This document shows positions 1 to 10,542 of a stretch of DNA of 64,000 nucleotides, one piece after another (position 1 is the stretch's first letter; each line of letters begins with the position of its first letter). The DNA is from an uncultured delta proteobacterium. GTDB taxonomy: Bacteria; Myxococcota_A; Polyangia; Fen-1088. The notes under the pieces are model-generated. The model was not told the DNA's origin, made no database searches, and was given only the letters and a program-made list of their open reading frames with translations. Location of the stretch: contig CAWCMR010000025.1 in assembly GCA_963796685.1 (NCBI GenBank), positions 1,824,001 through 1,888,000 of the forward strand, in the 5' to 3' direction. The translations under genes were made by a program, and so were the position numbers.

Positions 1-89
1 TGACGTTGGCCAAGCGCTAGTCGTCCCGGAGATCCCTCACGGAGTCCCGGCACGTCTTCTTTTGCGGACCGGCGCTCTGCGGCTGCCTC

Positions 90-1970
90 ATGGGCCTGGT
101 CGCCGCGCCGGCGCGCGCCAACCCGTCGTACACGAGCGAGCTCCAAGCGCAAGCGCGGGCGCGAGGGCTGGCGCGTAGCCGCACGTGGCAGGTCCTTCTC
201 CATTACCACCCTACGTGGTTCGGCGGCTGGCGCAGCAGCGCGGACGGCGCGGACTTCTTTCTCGCGGGCAAGAAGGGAGAATCGGACCCCGAAGCGGAAT
301 TGGCGGCGACGCTGGCCGCGTTCGCCGCGCCAGCGACCCACGAGGCCCAGGAGACCGAGGCTGGGCAGCATCCCCAATGCCGGTTCCCCGCCCGCTGGTC
401 CTGGCTGAAGCAGAAGCTCGCCATCGATACCCAGCGCCTGCCCGAGCAACCTTGTCCTCTCTTCGCGGCTTGGCGCCAAGGCATCGCGCCCGAGAAGGTC
501 GCGCTGATCTATTCCTCTGCCTATATCAACAGTCCGGCCTCGATGTACGGGCACACGTTCTTGCGTCTCTCGCGCAGGACCGGTTCGGGCAACAAGCTGA
601 TCGACTACATCGTGAACTTCGCCGCCGACACGAACACCAGCAATGGTTTCGTGTACGCCATCAAGGGTCTGTTCGGGGGCTTCCCCGGCCATTTCTACGT
701 GATGCCCTATTACATGAAGATCCAGGAGTACTCGAACATCGAAAGTCGCGACCTCTGGGAATATCAGCTTTCCCTGACCACGGCCGAGGCCGAGCGCCTG
801 GTCGCCCACACCTGGGAAACCCGCAGCACCTACTTCAACTACTACTTCGTCACGGAGAACTGCTCCTACTTTCTCCTCGAGCTTCTCGAAGCGGCTCGTC
901 CGAGCCTGCGCGTGAGCGAGCGCTTTCATGGCCCGGTCATTCCCGCCGAGACCCTGCGCGTGCTGCTGTCCGTGCCCGGCCTGGTTGGCGAACGCACGCC
1001 CCGCCCATCGCTGCGCATGCAAATCCTCACTCGCAAGTCCGCGCTGAACGGCAGCGAGATCCGGGCTGCGGAGGCACTGGCCAAGCGTGGCCGCGAAGCG
1101 AATGCGGCCATCGCCGGCTGGCCCAAGGAGCGCCAGGCGCGCACGCTCGATGCGGCCAGCGATCTTCTGCGCTTTCGCGAGGGACTCGCGAAGAACCCCT
1201 CGTCGGAATTCCAACGCAAGGAGCGCGAGCTGCTCATCCTGCGTGGCCGCACCGGCGTCGAGCCGCTCGCCATCGACGTGCATCCGGCGAGCGATGCACC
1301 CGAGACCGGCCATCGCCCCTTGCGTCTTGGCATGGCCGGTGGCCTGGTCGGCTCGCAAGGGGTTTCCTTCGAAGAGCTCTCCATTCGACTGGCTCTGCAC
1401 GATTTTCTGGACCCCGTGCGCGGCTACCTCGACGACGCCGAGCTCGAAATGATGCAGCTCAGGGTCCGCTTTTACAACGCCAGCCATCTGCTGTTCCCGG
1501 AGCGCCTCGAGCTACTCGATATTCTGTCGGTCTCGGGCTTCGACCGCTGGATCCCCAAGACCGCGTGGACGGTGCGTGCCGGCGGAGCGCAAGCCCACTA
1601 CCTCGGTTGTGCGGGTCTCGACTGCAGCTACGGCGATCTCAGCACCGGCGGCGGCCTGGCCCTGCGCGCCGGGTTCCCCTTCCTGTTCTATCTGTTGACC
1701 ACCGCCGACCTCGCCGCGGGTGCGCCTTTCGATGGTCACTACCGAATCGGCCTGGGGGCACTCGCAGGCGCGGTGCTGCGCCTCGGGCAATTGGCCGAGA
1801 CCAAGGCCGAAGGAGGCTATACCTACTATCTCCTTGGCGACCGGCGCCGGGCTCCCGTGGTCAGCCTTGGCCTAGGGATCAATTTTGGAAGCTGGGGACA
1901 ACTTCGCTTGGTCGGCGAGGCCATCGGTCGATACACCGAGGCGCGCGCCGAGGTGCTGGGTTACTTCTGA
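90..1970 (+). CDS. DUF4105 / Lnb-like protein with probable C-terminal beta-barrel
   Basis: Motifs QCRFPARW, SPASMYGHTFLRL and YYFVTENCSY; C-terminal alternating strands ending in F; start approximate. Confidence 0.75.
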   Translation: MGLVAAPARANPSYTSELQAQARARGLARSRTWQVLLHYHPTWFGGWRSSADGADFFLAGKKGESDPEAELAATLAAFAAPATHEAQETEAGQHPQCRFPARWSWLKQKLAIDTQRLPEQPCPLFAAWRQGIAPEKVALIYSSAYINSPASMYGHTFLRLSRRTGSGNKLIDYIVNFAADTNTSNGFVYAIKGLFGGFPGHFYVMPYYMKIQEYSNIESRDLWEYQLSLTTAEAERLVAHTWETRSTYFNYYFVTENCSYFLLELLEAARPSLRVSERFHGPVIPAETLRVLLSVPGLVGERTPRPSLRMQILTRKSALNGSEIRAAEALAKRGREANAAIAGWPKERQARTLDAASDLLRFREGLAKNPSSEFQRKERELLILRGRTGVEPLAIDVHPASDAPETGHRPLRLGMAGGLVGSQGVSFEELSIRLALHDFLDPVRGYLDDAELEMMQLRVRFYNASHLLFPERLELLDILSVSGFDRWIPKTAWTVRAGGAQAHYLGCAGLDCSYGDLSTGGGLALRAGFPFLFYLLTTADLAAGAPFDGHYRIGLGALAGAVLRLGQLAETKAEGGYTYYLLGDRRRAPVVSLGLGINFGSWGQLRLVGEAIGRYTEARAEVLGYF

Positions 1971-3265
1971 CCGCTTGCCACAGGGGTGGCTTCGCTTTCA
2001 CAGGATTCCAGCCAAACCTCGATGAGGTGTAGACAGGTGCCAATCGCCTCGGCCATCCACTGCAGCGAGATCCATTCCTCGACCGAGTGGATGCTTTGGC
2101 CGCCGGAGAACAAGTTGGGGGTCAGCAGACCCAAGGCCGAGAGCCGGGAGCCGTCGGTGCCGCCGCGAACCGCCCGGCGCACGGGCCGAAGTCCCTGTCG
2201 CCGCACGGCCTCGAGAGCGTAGTCGAGCACCTTGCGATCCTTGGCGATGCAGTCGCCCATGTTGCGATAGGACGGCTTGATCTCCGTCTTCACCTGGGCA
2301 CCGGGAAAACGCGCTTCGACGTCGTGGACGATGGCGCGCAAGATCTCCTCGCGTTCGAGCAATTCGCTTTCGGTGAAGGCGCGCACGAGCAGCCGAAGCT
2401 CTGCCAGCGCCACGTCCCCGGTCAGGGAATGGGGATGCAGATACGGCTCGCGTCCCTCGGTCGACTCGGGCAGGCGGTCGGCGGGCAGGGAGGCGACGAT
2501 GGCCGCGGCCACCCGCACGGCGTTGATCATCACGTTCTTGGCCTGGCCGGGGTGTACGTCGTGGCCGACGATGGTGATGGTGGCGGCGTCCGCGCTGAAG
2601 GTCTCGTCCTCGACCTCGCCCAGATCGGAGCCGTCCAAGGTGTACGCGTAGTGCGCCCCGAATCCCGCCACATCGAATCGATCGATGCCGCGGCCAATCT
2701 CTTCGTCGGGCGTGAACGCCACGCGCAACTTGCCGTGGGGAAAGTCGGGATGCGCGAAGAGCCAGTCCACCAAGGTCACGATCTCGGCGATGCCGGCCTT
2801 GTCGTCCGCACCGAGCAACGTGGTGCCGTCGGTGTGTACCAGGGTGTGCCCCACGCAACGGGCGAGATTGGGCTGACCGATGGCGGAAATTTTCGCACCT
2901 GTTGCGGGAAGAACGAGGTCGCCGCCGGCGTAGCGCTCGACGACCTGCGGGCGAACGTTTGCCCCCGATGTGCCGGGATAGGTGTCGAGGTGGGCCAGGA
3001 AACCCAGCACGGGGACCTTGCCGGCCGCGGGGTGTTCGGGCGACAGGTTCGAAGGCACGGTGGCGTAGACGTGTCCCGATTCCGCCATCCACGCGTCGGC
3101 GCAGCCAAGAGTCTTGAGCTCGTCCACCAGCAGACGGGCAAGGTTCTTTTGTTTGTCCGTGGATGGAGAGGCGGACGATCCCTCGTCGCTTTGCGTATCC
3201 ATCCGGACGTAACGCAAAAAGCGCGCGAGCAGCGCGCTTTGTTCGGTCGCATGCAAGCCGCTCAT
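1961..3265 (-). CDS. pepT: Peptidase T (tripeptide aminopeptidase, M20B)
   Basis: RFLRYVRMDTQS, FLAHLDT, LGADDKAG, FTPDEEIG and RGGTDG motifs; start may be 3316. Confidence 0.92.
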   Translation of the reverse strand: MSGLHATEQSALLARFLRYVRMDTQSDEGSSASPSTDKQKNLARLLVDELKTLGCADAWMAESGHVYATVPSNLSPEHPAAGKVPVLGFLAHLDTYPGTSGANVRPQVVERYAGGDLVLPATGAKISAIGQPNLARCVGHTLVHTDGTTLLGADDKAGIAEIVTLVDWLFAHPDFPHGKLRVAFTPDEEIGRGIDRFDVAGFGAHYAYTLDGSDLGEVEDETFSADAATITIVGHDVHPGQAKNVMINAVRVAAAIVASLPADRLPESTEGREPYLHPHSLTGDVALAELRLLVRAFTESELLEREEILRAIVHDVEARFPGAQVKTEIKPSYRNMGDCIAKDRKVLDYALEAVRRQGLRPVRRAVRGGTDGSRLSALGLLTPNLFSGGQSIHSVEEWISLQWMAEAIGTCLHLIEVWLESCESEATPVASGQK

Positions 3266-3393
3266 GACGAGCGCGAGCGTATCAGGTTCCTGATCATGAG
3301 GGAGCGGAAGCGGCATCGATTCTCGCCGATGGTAGGATGGCGGCCACACCCGTCGGGTCGTGCTCGGCGTCCAGTCACAGAGAAAGAACACCC

Positions 3394-4728
3394 ATGAAAA
3401 AGAGCGTGGCAAGGATCTTGGTTCTGGCGACCGCGATGTTCAGCCAGAAGGTCATGGCCCAGGCCGACATGATCGAAAAGACTCCGGCTCGAGCGGCGCC
3501 CCCCGCCGATGCGTCGCTCGCATCGCCTTCGGCCACCCCCACGGCGGAAGCCACCCCCGCGCCTGCGCCACCTGGCGGGGATCCTGCCTTGGCGGCGAGG
3601 GTGGCGGAGCTGGAGACCAAGCTGAAGAAGGTCGAAGCCGCCGCGGCCGCGAATGAGGCCAAGGTGGACGAGCTTTCGAAGCTCAAGCTGAGCGGGTACG
3701 TGCAAGCACGCTACGAGTGGCACCAAGATGCGAGCAATGGCTGGAATTTCCCAGCGGTCGGCTCGACGGGCGCGGGCTCGACCGGCAGCAAGGACTATTT
3801 CTACGTCAAGCGTGCACGTTTCATCACCGTCTACAATGCCAGCAACGCCGAGCTGGTGGCGCAGATCGATGCCGCGGGCGCGAGCCTCGCGGCCAAGGAT
3901 CTCGAAGCGGCCTTCATCGACACGTGGACGCCGCTGCACCTCCGCATATCGGTCGGGCAATTCAAGTACCCGTTCGGCTACGAATTGCAGCAGTCGGACG
4001 TCGTGCGCGAAATGCCCGAGCGCTCGCGCTTCATCCTCGGCTACTTTCCCGGCGAGCGCGACCGCGGTCTCAAGATCCAGGGTAAGTACGCCATCCTTCG
4101 TTTCCAGATCGCTCTCGTCAATGGCAATGGCACGCAGGATGCGGCCTTCGGAACCTTGGACTCCAACAACTACAAGGATGTCGTCGGACGCTTGGGCGTC
4201 GACAAGGGCTTCGTCGCGGGTGGCGTCTCGGGCTGGTACGGCACCGACGATCTCGACACCTCGAGCTCGGACAAGACCAAGTGGCTCAAGTTCTCCAGGG
4301 TTCGCGTGGGCGCCGACGTCCAGGGCTACATCGACGTGCCCAGCGTGGGCAACCTGGCGCTGCGCGGCGAGACGATGTACAGCCGCGACAAGAACCAGGA
4401 CTACAATGGAGTGGCTGGGTCGAGCTGCCAGGACCGCATCGGCTGGGGCTGGAGCCTCATCGCGGCCCAGAACATCGGCAAGGTTCTCGGGGCCGTCGTG
4501 CGCGTCGACGGTTACGATCCGCTCTTGCAGGGTTCCTACGACAGTGCGCGCTGCGCAGGCACCGTCGCGATCGCCGCAGCGGATCGCGTCATCACCTTCG
4601 GCGGCGGCCTGCTCGGCTACATCTCGCCCAACTTGAAGGCTTCGCTCATCTACGAGCACCCGTCCGAGCAGGGGAGCAACAAGGTGAACAACGACTTGTT
4701 CACGGCGCAGCTACAAGCCAGCTTCTAG
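3394..4728 (+). CDS. Outer-membrane porin, OprO/OprP-like
   Basis: Signal peptide, coiled coil, KLSGYVQARY, GQFKYPFGYE, ERDRGL and terminal QLQASF. Confidence 0.75.
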   Translation: MKKSVARILVLATAMFSQKVMAQADMIEKTPARAAPPADASLASPSATPTAEATPAPAPPGGDPALAARVAELETKLKKVEAAAAANEAKVDELSKLKLSGYVQARYEWHQDASNGWNFPAVGSTGAGSTGSKDYFYVKRARFITVYNASNAELVAQIDAAGASLAAKDLEAAFIDTWTPLHLRISVGQFKYPFGYELQQSDVVREMPERSRFILGYFPGERDRGLKIQGKYAILRFQIALVNGNGTQDAAFGTLDSNNYKDVVGRLGVDKGFVAGGVSGWYGTDDLDTSSSDKTKWLKFSRVRVGADVQGYIDVPSVGNLALRGETMYSRDKNQDYNGVAGSSCQDRIGWGWSLIAAQNIGKVLGAVVRVDGYDPLLQGSYDSARCAGTVAIAAADRVITFGGGLLGYISPNLKASLIYEHPSEQGSNKVNNDLFTAQLQASF

Positions 4729-4965
4729 CGCAGCGAACGAGTTGAATTCCTCCTGAATCCAAGGGATTGCCTGGCGCTGCCGAGGCCGCTGTGCAGAGCG
4801 CGCACAAGCCTCTTTTTCGACCATAGAGAACACAGAGGTCCGGAGAATGAAGGGTTCTCCGGATTCTCAATCCGACCCCTTCATTTCTCATCCGTCTCTG
4901 TGTTCTCTGTGCCCTCTGTGTTTAGAATCCGGAAATTGCTCGGGTTCGGGTTCAACGCTTCGCTG
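4729..4965. mobile_element. Degenerate MITE-like element with CACAGAG-type palindromic cargo
   Basis: Follows CTAG at 4725. Left CAGCGAACGAGTTGAA and right TTCAACGCTTCGCTG are inverted and resemble the TIR at 44246. Internal ACACAGAG...CTCTGTG arms. Confidence 0.55.
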
Positions 4966-5009
4966 GGGAATTTGGCCGCGATTGAGGTATGGTTTCGCCC
5001 GGAAACCAC

Positions 5010-6053
5010 ATGAAAATACTCGTCACCGGGGGTGCCGGCTTCATCGGCGCGAATTTCCTGAACCTGCTGGTTCCGCGCCATCCCGAGCACGTCTTCGTCA
5101 ACCTGGACGCGCTGACCTACGCCGCGAACCCGCGCAGCCTGGCCGGCCTGGAAGGGTGCGCGAACTATGTCTTCGTACGCGCCGATCTGGTCGATTTCGA
5201 GGCCGTGCGCGCGGCCTTCGCCAAACACCAGCCCGAGGTGGTGATTCACTTCGCCGCCGAGAGCCACGTGGACCGATCCATCGCCGGGCCGCGGCCGTTC
5301 CTGCGCACCAACATCGAAGGCACGTTCAATCTGCTCGAAGCTTGCCGCGAGGCCTGGAAGCCGGGCCAGGGCCTCTTCCACCACGTGTCCACCGACGAGG
5401 TCTACGGCTCCCTCGGCGACGAGGGTCTCTTCACCGAGGAAACCAAATACGATCCATCGAGTCCCTATTCGGCCTCCAAGGCCGCCAGCGACCACCTGGT
5501 GCGCGCCTGGGGCCGCACCTTCGGCATCCCCGTCAAGCTCACCAACTGCTCGAACAACTACGGACCGCTGCAGTTCCCCGAAAAGCTCATCCCGCTCATG
5601 ATCCAGAACCTGCTCGAGCGCAAGCCCCTGCCCGTGTATGGCAAGGGCGAGAACGTACGCGACTGGCTCTACGTCGGCGATCATTGCGAGGCCATCTGGA
5701 CGGTCGTCTTGCACGGAGAGCCAGGCAAGACCTACAACATCGGCGGCCGCAGCGAGCAGCGCAACATCGACGTGGTCAAGCAGCTGTGCGCCATCGTCGC
5801 GCAGGAGACCTCGGCCAGCGAGGCCGAGCTGTTCGGCCTCGTCACCTACGTCAAGGATCGTCCGGGCCACGACCTGCGCTACGCCATCGACGCCGGCAAG
5901 ATCGAGCGCGAGCTGCACTGGAAGCCGCAAGAAACCTTCGCCTCCGGGCTGCGCAAGACCGTGCGCTGGTACTTGGGCAATCGCGACTGGGTGGCCAGCG
6001 TGCGCACCGGGGAATACCGGCAGTGGATCGAACAGAACTACGGAGATCGCTAG
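5010..6053 (+). CDS. rmlB: dTDP-glucose 4,6-dehydratase
   Basis: LVTGGAGFIG, HFAAESHVDRSI, HVSTDEVYG and YSASKA. Confidence 0.97.
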   Translation: MKILVTGGAGFIGANFLNLLVPRHPEHVFVNLDALTYAANPRSLAGLEGCANYVFVRADLVDFEAVRAAFAKHQPEVVIHFAAESHVDRSIAGPRPFLRTNIEGTFNLLEACREAWKPGQGLFHHVSTDEVYGSLGDEGLFTEETKYDPSSPYSASKAASDHLVRAWGRTFGIPVKLTNCSNNYGPLQFPEKLIPLMIQNLLERKPLPVYGKGENVRDWLYVGDHCEAIWTVVLHGEPGKTYNIGGRSEQRNIDVVKQLCAIVAQETSASEAELFGLVTYVKDRPGHDLRYAIDAGKIERELHWKPQETFASGLRKTVRWYLGNRDWVASVRTGEYRQWIEQNYGDR

Positions 6054-6935
6054 ATGGTGAACAAAGGCATGATCCTGGCCGGCGGCTCGGGCACGCGGCT
6101 GCACCCCATCACCCGCGCGCTCAGCAAGCAGCTGGTGCCGGTCTACGACAAGCCCATGATCTACTACCCGCTGTCGGTGCTCATGCTGGCCGGTATTCGC
6201 GACGTCCTGGTCATCACCACGCCGGACGACCAGGTGCCGTTTCGCAAGCTGCTCGGCGACGGTGCGCAGTGGGGCCTTGCCATCCGCTACGCCGTACAAC
6301 CCAGCCCCGACGGCCTGGCCCAGGCCTTCTTGATTGGCCGCGACTTCATCGCCGGCGATCCCTGCGCGTTGGTTCTGGGCGACAACATCTTCTACGGACA
6401 CGGCCTGCCGTCTCTGATCAAGAAGGCCGGGCAGCGGGCGACCGGCGCCACCGTGTTCGGCTACTTCGTGCAAAACCCCGAGGCTTACGGCGTGGCCGAG
6501 CTCGACGCCGACGGGCGCGTGCTCGGCCTCGAGGAGAAGCCGCAGCAGCCGAGGAGCAACTATGCGGTGACGGGCCTCTACTTCTACGACAGCCAGGTGG
6601 TGGGCCTGGCGGAATCGCTCAAGCCCAGCGCGCGCGGCGAGCTGGAAATCACCGACCTCAACCGCCTCTATCTGGAGCGCGGCCAGCTCTTTCTCGAAAA
6701 GATGGGCCGCGGAGTGGCCTGGCTCGACACCGGCACCCACGATTCGTTGCTGCAGGCCGCGCAGTTCATCCAGACCATTCAGGCGCGGCAGGGCCTGATG
6801 GTGTCCTGCCCGGAGGAAATCGCCTTCGCCAAGGGCTGGATCGACGTTGCCCGCTTGAACGAGTTGGCGCGGCCCTTGGCCAAGACCGGCTACGGGCAAT
6901 ACCTCTTGCAACTGGCGCAGCGAGGTCCGCGGTGA
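6054..6935 (+). CDS. rmlA: Glucose-1-phosphate thymidylyltransferase
   Basis: [26 protein letters not shown] and [10 protein letters not shown]. Confidence 0.97.
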   Translation: MVNKGMILAGGSGTRLHPITRALSKQLVPVYDKPMIYYPLSVLMLAGIRDVLVITTPDDQVPFRKLLGDGAQWGLAIRYAVQPSPDGLAQAFLIGRDFIAGDPCALVLGDNIFYGHGLPSLIKKAGQRATGATVFGYFVQNPEAYGVAELDADGRVLGLEEKPQQPRSNYAVTGLYFYDSQVVGLAESLKPSARGELEITDLNRLYLERGQLFLEKMGRGVAWLDTGTHDSLLQAAQFIQTIQARQGLMVSCPEEIAFAKGWIDVARLNELARPLAKTGYGQYLLQLAQRGPR

Positions 6936-7489
6936 AGATCACCAGCATGAGCTTGCCCGAGGTCTTGCTCGTCGAGCCCAAGCGTTTCGGCGACGCCCGC
7001 GGCTATTTTATCGAGACCTGGCACGAGCAGCGCTATGCGGCGGTCGGCATCGAGCTCGCTTTCGTGCAGGACAATCTGTCGCGCTCGGCGCGCGGGATCT
7101 TGCGCGGGCTCCACCTGCAACACCCGAACGCTCAGGGCAAGTTGGTCTACGTCCTCGAAGGCGAGGTATTCGATGTCGCCGTCGACGTGCGCGTCGGCTC
7201 CCCCAACTTCGGCAAGTGGACGGGTGCCTTGCTTTCCGGCGCGGATCACCGCCAGCTTTGGATCCCTCCCGGTTTCGCCCACGGCTTTTGCGTGACCAGC
7301 GAGAACGCCATGTTCGCCTACAAGTGTACGGCGCTCTATTCGGCCGCCGACGAGCTGGGCGTGGCGTGGAACGATCCCGCGCTCGCCATCCCGTGGCCGG
7401 TGGCCGCGCCCCAGCTCTCGGCCAAGGACGCGACCTTGCCTCGCTTGGCCGACATCGATCCCGCGCGTTTGCCGCGCTACCATGGTTAG
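6932..7489 (+). CDS. rmlC: dTDP-4-dehydrorhamnose 3,5-epimerase
   Basis: GTG overlaps the rmlA stop; DARGYF, LRGLHLQ and [10 protein letters not shown]. Confidence 0.95.
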   Translation: MKITSMSLPEVLLVEPKRFGDARGYFIETWHEQRYAAVGIELAFVQDNLSRSARGILRGLHLQHPNAQGKLVYVLEGEVFDVAVDVRVGSPNFGKWTGALLSGADHRQLWIPPGFAHGFCVTSENAMFAYKCTALYSAADELGVAWNDPALAIPWPVAAPQLSAKDATLPRLADIDPARLPRYHG

Positions 7490-7492
7490 CTC

Positions 7493-8341
7493 ATGAACGC
7501 ACCCATCCTAATCGTCGGCGATCGCGGAATGCTCGGCCGCGCCTTTCGCGAGTTGCTCCAGCGTTCGGCCCGCGCCTACCAGGGCCTCGATTTGCCCGAC
7601 TTCGACGCCAGCGAGCCGGCCCAGGTGGCGACCATCTTTCGCAAGCCGTGGAGCGCGCTCATCAATTGCGCGGCCTACACCAACGTCGACGGCGCCGAGG
7701 AGCACGAGCAGGACGCCATGCGCGCCAACGCGACCGCGCCGGGCGTGCTGGCCGAGGCGAGCAAGCGCGCGGGTGTTCCCCTGGTTCACTTCAGCACCGA
7801 CTACGTGTTCGCCGGTAACGCCGCCCGGCCGTACCCGGTCGACGCGCCCTTGCAGCCGCTTGGCGCCTACGGTCGCACCAAGGCGGCTGGGGAAGACGCG
7901 ACTCGCAAGAGCGGAGCCCGACACCTCATCGTGCGCACGAGCTGGCTTTACGCGCCCTGGGCCAACAACTTCGTGCGCACCATGGCCAAGCTCACACGCG
8001 ACAAACCCGCCCTGAAGGTCGTGCACGATCAGCGCGGACGGCCCACCAGCGCCGAGCACCTGGCCAAGACCACGCTGGCGCTCCTCGATCGCGGCGCCAC
8101 CGGCACCTACCACGTCACCGACGGCGGCGAGTGTACCTGGTACGAATTCACCCTGGCCATCGCCAAGAGCCTGGGGCGCACCTGTGCCATCGAGCCCTGC
8201 ACTACCGCCGAGTTTCCACGCCCGGCGGCAAGGCCCGCCTACAGCGTGCTCGATCTCGGCAAGACGGAAGCCCTGCTCGGCCCCATGCCCGACTGGCGCG
8301 AGAACTTGGCCTCGGTGCTGGCGCGGCTGGAGGCGCTCTAG
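7493..8341 (+). CDS. rmlD: dTDP-4-dehydrorhamnose reductase
   Basis: GMLG, NCAAYTNVD, STDYVF and YGRTK. Confidence 0.95.
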   Translation: MNAPILIVGDRGMLGRAFRELLQRSARAYQGLDLPDFDASEPAQVATIFRKPWSALINCAAYTNVDGAEEHEQDAMRANATAPGVLAEASKRAGVPLVHFSTDYVFAGNAARPYPVDAPLQPLGAYGRTKAAGEDATRKSGARHLIVRTSWLYAPWANNFVRTMAKLTRDKPALKVVHDQRGRPTSAEHLAKTTLALLDRGATGTYHVTDGGECTWYEFTLAIAKSLGRTCAIEPCTTAEFPRPAARPAYSVLDLGKTEALLGPMPDWRENLASVLARLEAL

Positions 8342-8532
8342 GCCAGGAAACCCCGCGGATCGCGACGGGCGTACTCTTGTCGGTCCATAGGCTCCAGCGA
8401 CACGTAGGGTTTGTGGGGAAAGGTCGCGCAACAGAGCGTGGTCTTGCCCGACTGGCGCGGCCCGGTCAGGGTCACCACCGGATACTGCCCAGCGGCCCGT
8501 CTCAAGACTGCATCGAGGTCCCGACGAATCAC
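8338..8532 (-). pseudogene. N-terminal fragment of an AAA_14/DUF4143-type ATPase
   Basis: VVTLTGPRQSGKTT Walker A motif, truncated at 64 aa against the rmlD stop. Confidence 0.75.
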
Positions 8533-8547
8533 GGCATGGATTGTAAA

Positions 8548-9012
8548 TCAGAAAGGCAATCCATGCATCGCAACGAGGACACGCAAGATCCATCCGGCGC
8601 GAGTCCCGGATGCGGCAGGGGCTGGTCCAGGGCTGGCCGACGTGCACGTCGTGAATGAGGAATCCCCTGTCGGGAAGGAGCTGCCATGCTCCCGGTCGAG
8701 CGATGCCATCGAAGCTGTGTGGACTGTAGTTGGGCACCCATGAGGCTTGCACGTTCGGGCATGCGACAGTCCAGTGTCGCAGCCACGTGTCGTCGGGGTG
8801 GCTCCGGTATTGCGAACCGCAAAGCGAATCGCCTTGTAGGTTCGAGCATCCTCGATGCGAACTCCATACAGCGGAACCTGGTAGAGCACGAGTTGGCCAG
8901 GCCTTCCGGGCATGGGCCTGCGTACTTGGAGCCCTTGCTCGGGGTTGTATGGGGCAACGATTCCCGTTCCCAATACTTCGCTTGTGACCGTGACCGTAAC
9001 TGGATTGGCCAT
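8548..9012 (-). pseudogene. Hypothetical gene, probably frameshifted near 8740
   Basis: GGAG RBS before ATG 9012; protein-like sequence continues in another frame (SWVPNYSPHS...GAWQLLPDRGFLIHD). Confidence 0.4.
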
Positions 9013-9028
9013 ACACTCTTCTCCAAAG

Positions 9029-9544
9029 CTAATGGGTACAGTTAGACTTCCATTTTCCGACCTGAGCAATTTGGATGTGTTTCTTTCCCTCAAGTAACTC
9101 CGCCTCCATGCGGAAATCGCGAGGGGTCTCGACGACGATCGCACCCTTCATGCGAGCCACTCCCACCCGCCGAACCATGCAGGCAGTCTCGATTCGGTAG
9201 TGGGTCGTGGTGGTTTGCCACGAGTTGAACTGGCATCCCCCGCGCTCCACGGTTCCTGGCCCAAAGTACGTTGCGAACAGCCAGCTTGGATCCGTGCATG
9301 CTTCCGACTTCAGCGTCGAGGTCTTGGCCTTCTGCTTGTCAGTGGTCACAGTATTGGTCAACTGCCAGACTCCCGAGGCGAGGTGAGGCCACTCTTGGCC
9401 ATCTATTTTCTCCGCCTTCACTTCATCAGCTCTGCCCGCGGCAGGGGACGATCCGCCGCCAGTACTAGGTCCGCTCACGCCGACCTCGCTTGCGCCAAGT
9501 CCGACCAATCCCAAACAGCCGATGAATGCTAGGTAACGAATCAC
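9029..9544 (-). CDS. Secreted hypothetical protein, DUF3617-like
   Basis: Signal peptide, G.WQ.T motif, spaced Cys and terminal GKW..C. Confidence 0.5.
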   Translation of the reverse strand: MIRYLAFIGCLGLVGLGASEVGVSGPSTGGGSSPAAGRADEVKAEKIDGQEWPHLASGVWQLTNTVTTDKQKAKTSTLKSEACTDPSWLFATYFGPGTVERGGCQFNSWQTTTTHYRIETACMVRRVGVARMKGAIVVETPRDFRMEAELLEGKKHIQIAQVGKWKSNCTH

Positions 9545-9623
9545 GGTTCCCTCATTTTGTCAGAGCGTCGAGCAAAGAGACAAGGCAGAGACCCAGAAGC
9601 ACATCAGCGACTGCCTCACGTCC

Positions 9624-10124
9624 TTGGCGGCACAGTCCGGTCAACTGGCGCCGGCAGCAACCGCAGCGCAAGTCGCCCCGCCTGTCGTGCAGCCGACTAC
9701 TGCGCAAATACCCGCGCCGCCCGCGCCACCGATCGCTCCTGTGCAGGTCATCGGCGAGCAGGCTGCGCCGAGCAGTTCGCCAGCAGCGGTTTCCCAGGGG
9801 GCAGGTTTGCGAACCGCGGGAGTCATTACAGCCGCGGTCGGCGGGGCAGCCCTGGTGGCTGGTGTGATACTGAACCTGAAGGTGAATAGCATGGCCAGCG
9901 ATTTTCAAAACCTGAATGGTTACACGGATAGCAAGGAATCGGACCGAAAGACTTTCGAGACGCTCGGTTGGGTGAGCTACGGGGTGGGCGCCGCATGTGT
10001 TGCGACCGGATCGGTGCTCTACATTCTGGGTCTTCGGGGCGGCAGGCAAGACTCGACACCGATGGCGTTCGTGCCCGTGTTCGGGCCAGGCGGGGCGGCG
10101 GCAATGTTGAAGGGAGCATTTTGA
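9624..10124 (+). pseudogene. C-terminal remnant of a myxobacterial membrane protein (TPR/PEGA-type tail)
   Basis: Pro-rich linker, two TM segments and ..MLKGAF end; no recognisable N-terminus. Confidence 0.45.
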
Positions 10125-10396
10125 TGAGCTCCACGTCGCTTTCTCGCCTGAAGCGCATCCCGGCGGTCTTCTTGTTGGCAGTGGTTGCCATCGCGGTCGG
10201 TCCTGCCTGCTTTCGCGGGGCCGATATTTCCAAGATCGTCTGCAACGACACGAAGTACTGCCCCGGCGGCTACGTCTGCGTCGTTCCGCTGGGCAAGACG
10301 CAGGGAAGCTGCGAAAGACCTTGGGACGGCGGCGGGTCGGAGGCAATGGTTTCCGATGCTCCCCTCGGGTCAACCAAGGTGGAACGTGCTCAGTAA
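10124..10396 (+). CDS. Short, probably truncated Cys-rich lipoprotein
   Basis: Start overlaps the upstream stop; lipobox-like GPAC and C...CP.GY.C motif. Confidence 0.4.
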   Translation: MSSTSLSRLKRIPAVFLLAVVAIAVGPACFRGADISKIVCNDTKYCPGGYVCVVPLGKTQGSCERPWDGGGSEAMVSDAPLGSTKVERAQ

Positions 10397-10494
10397 GTGG
10401 CAATGGCATCGTTGGTGGGACCCAAGCGTGCAACTAGCCAGTTCGGGGACATCCAAGCGTCGACAAACGCACGAGGCGTCAACCCACCAAACGA

Positions 10495-10519
10495 AAACGG
10501 GGCGCCGAAGCGCCCCGTT
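10495..10519. terminator. Hairpin, probable terminator
   Basis: AACGGGGCG-CCGAAG-CGCCCCGTT between convergent genes; T-run follows on the minus strand. Confidence 0.6.
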
Positions 10520-10542
10520 GAGATTGCAGCAAGGAGGAACGA

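Noticed and set aside
4847-7489. 880-aa ORF
   Set aside because: Off-frame shadow of rmlB/rmlA that joins the real rmlC frame at 6932.
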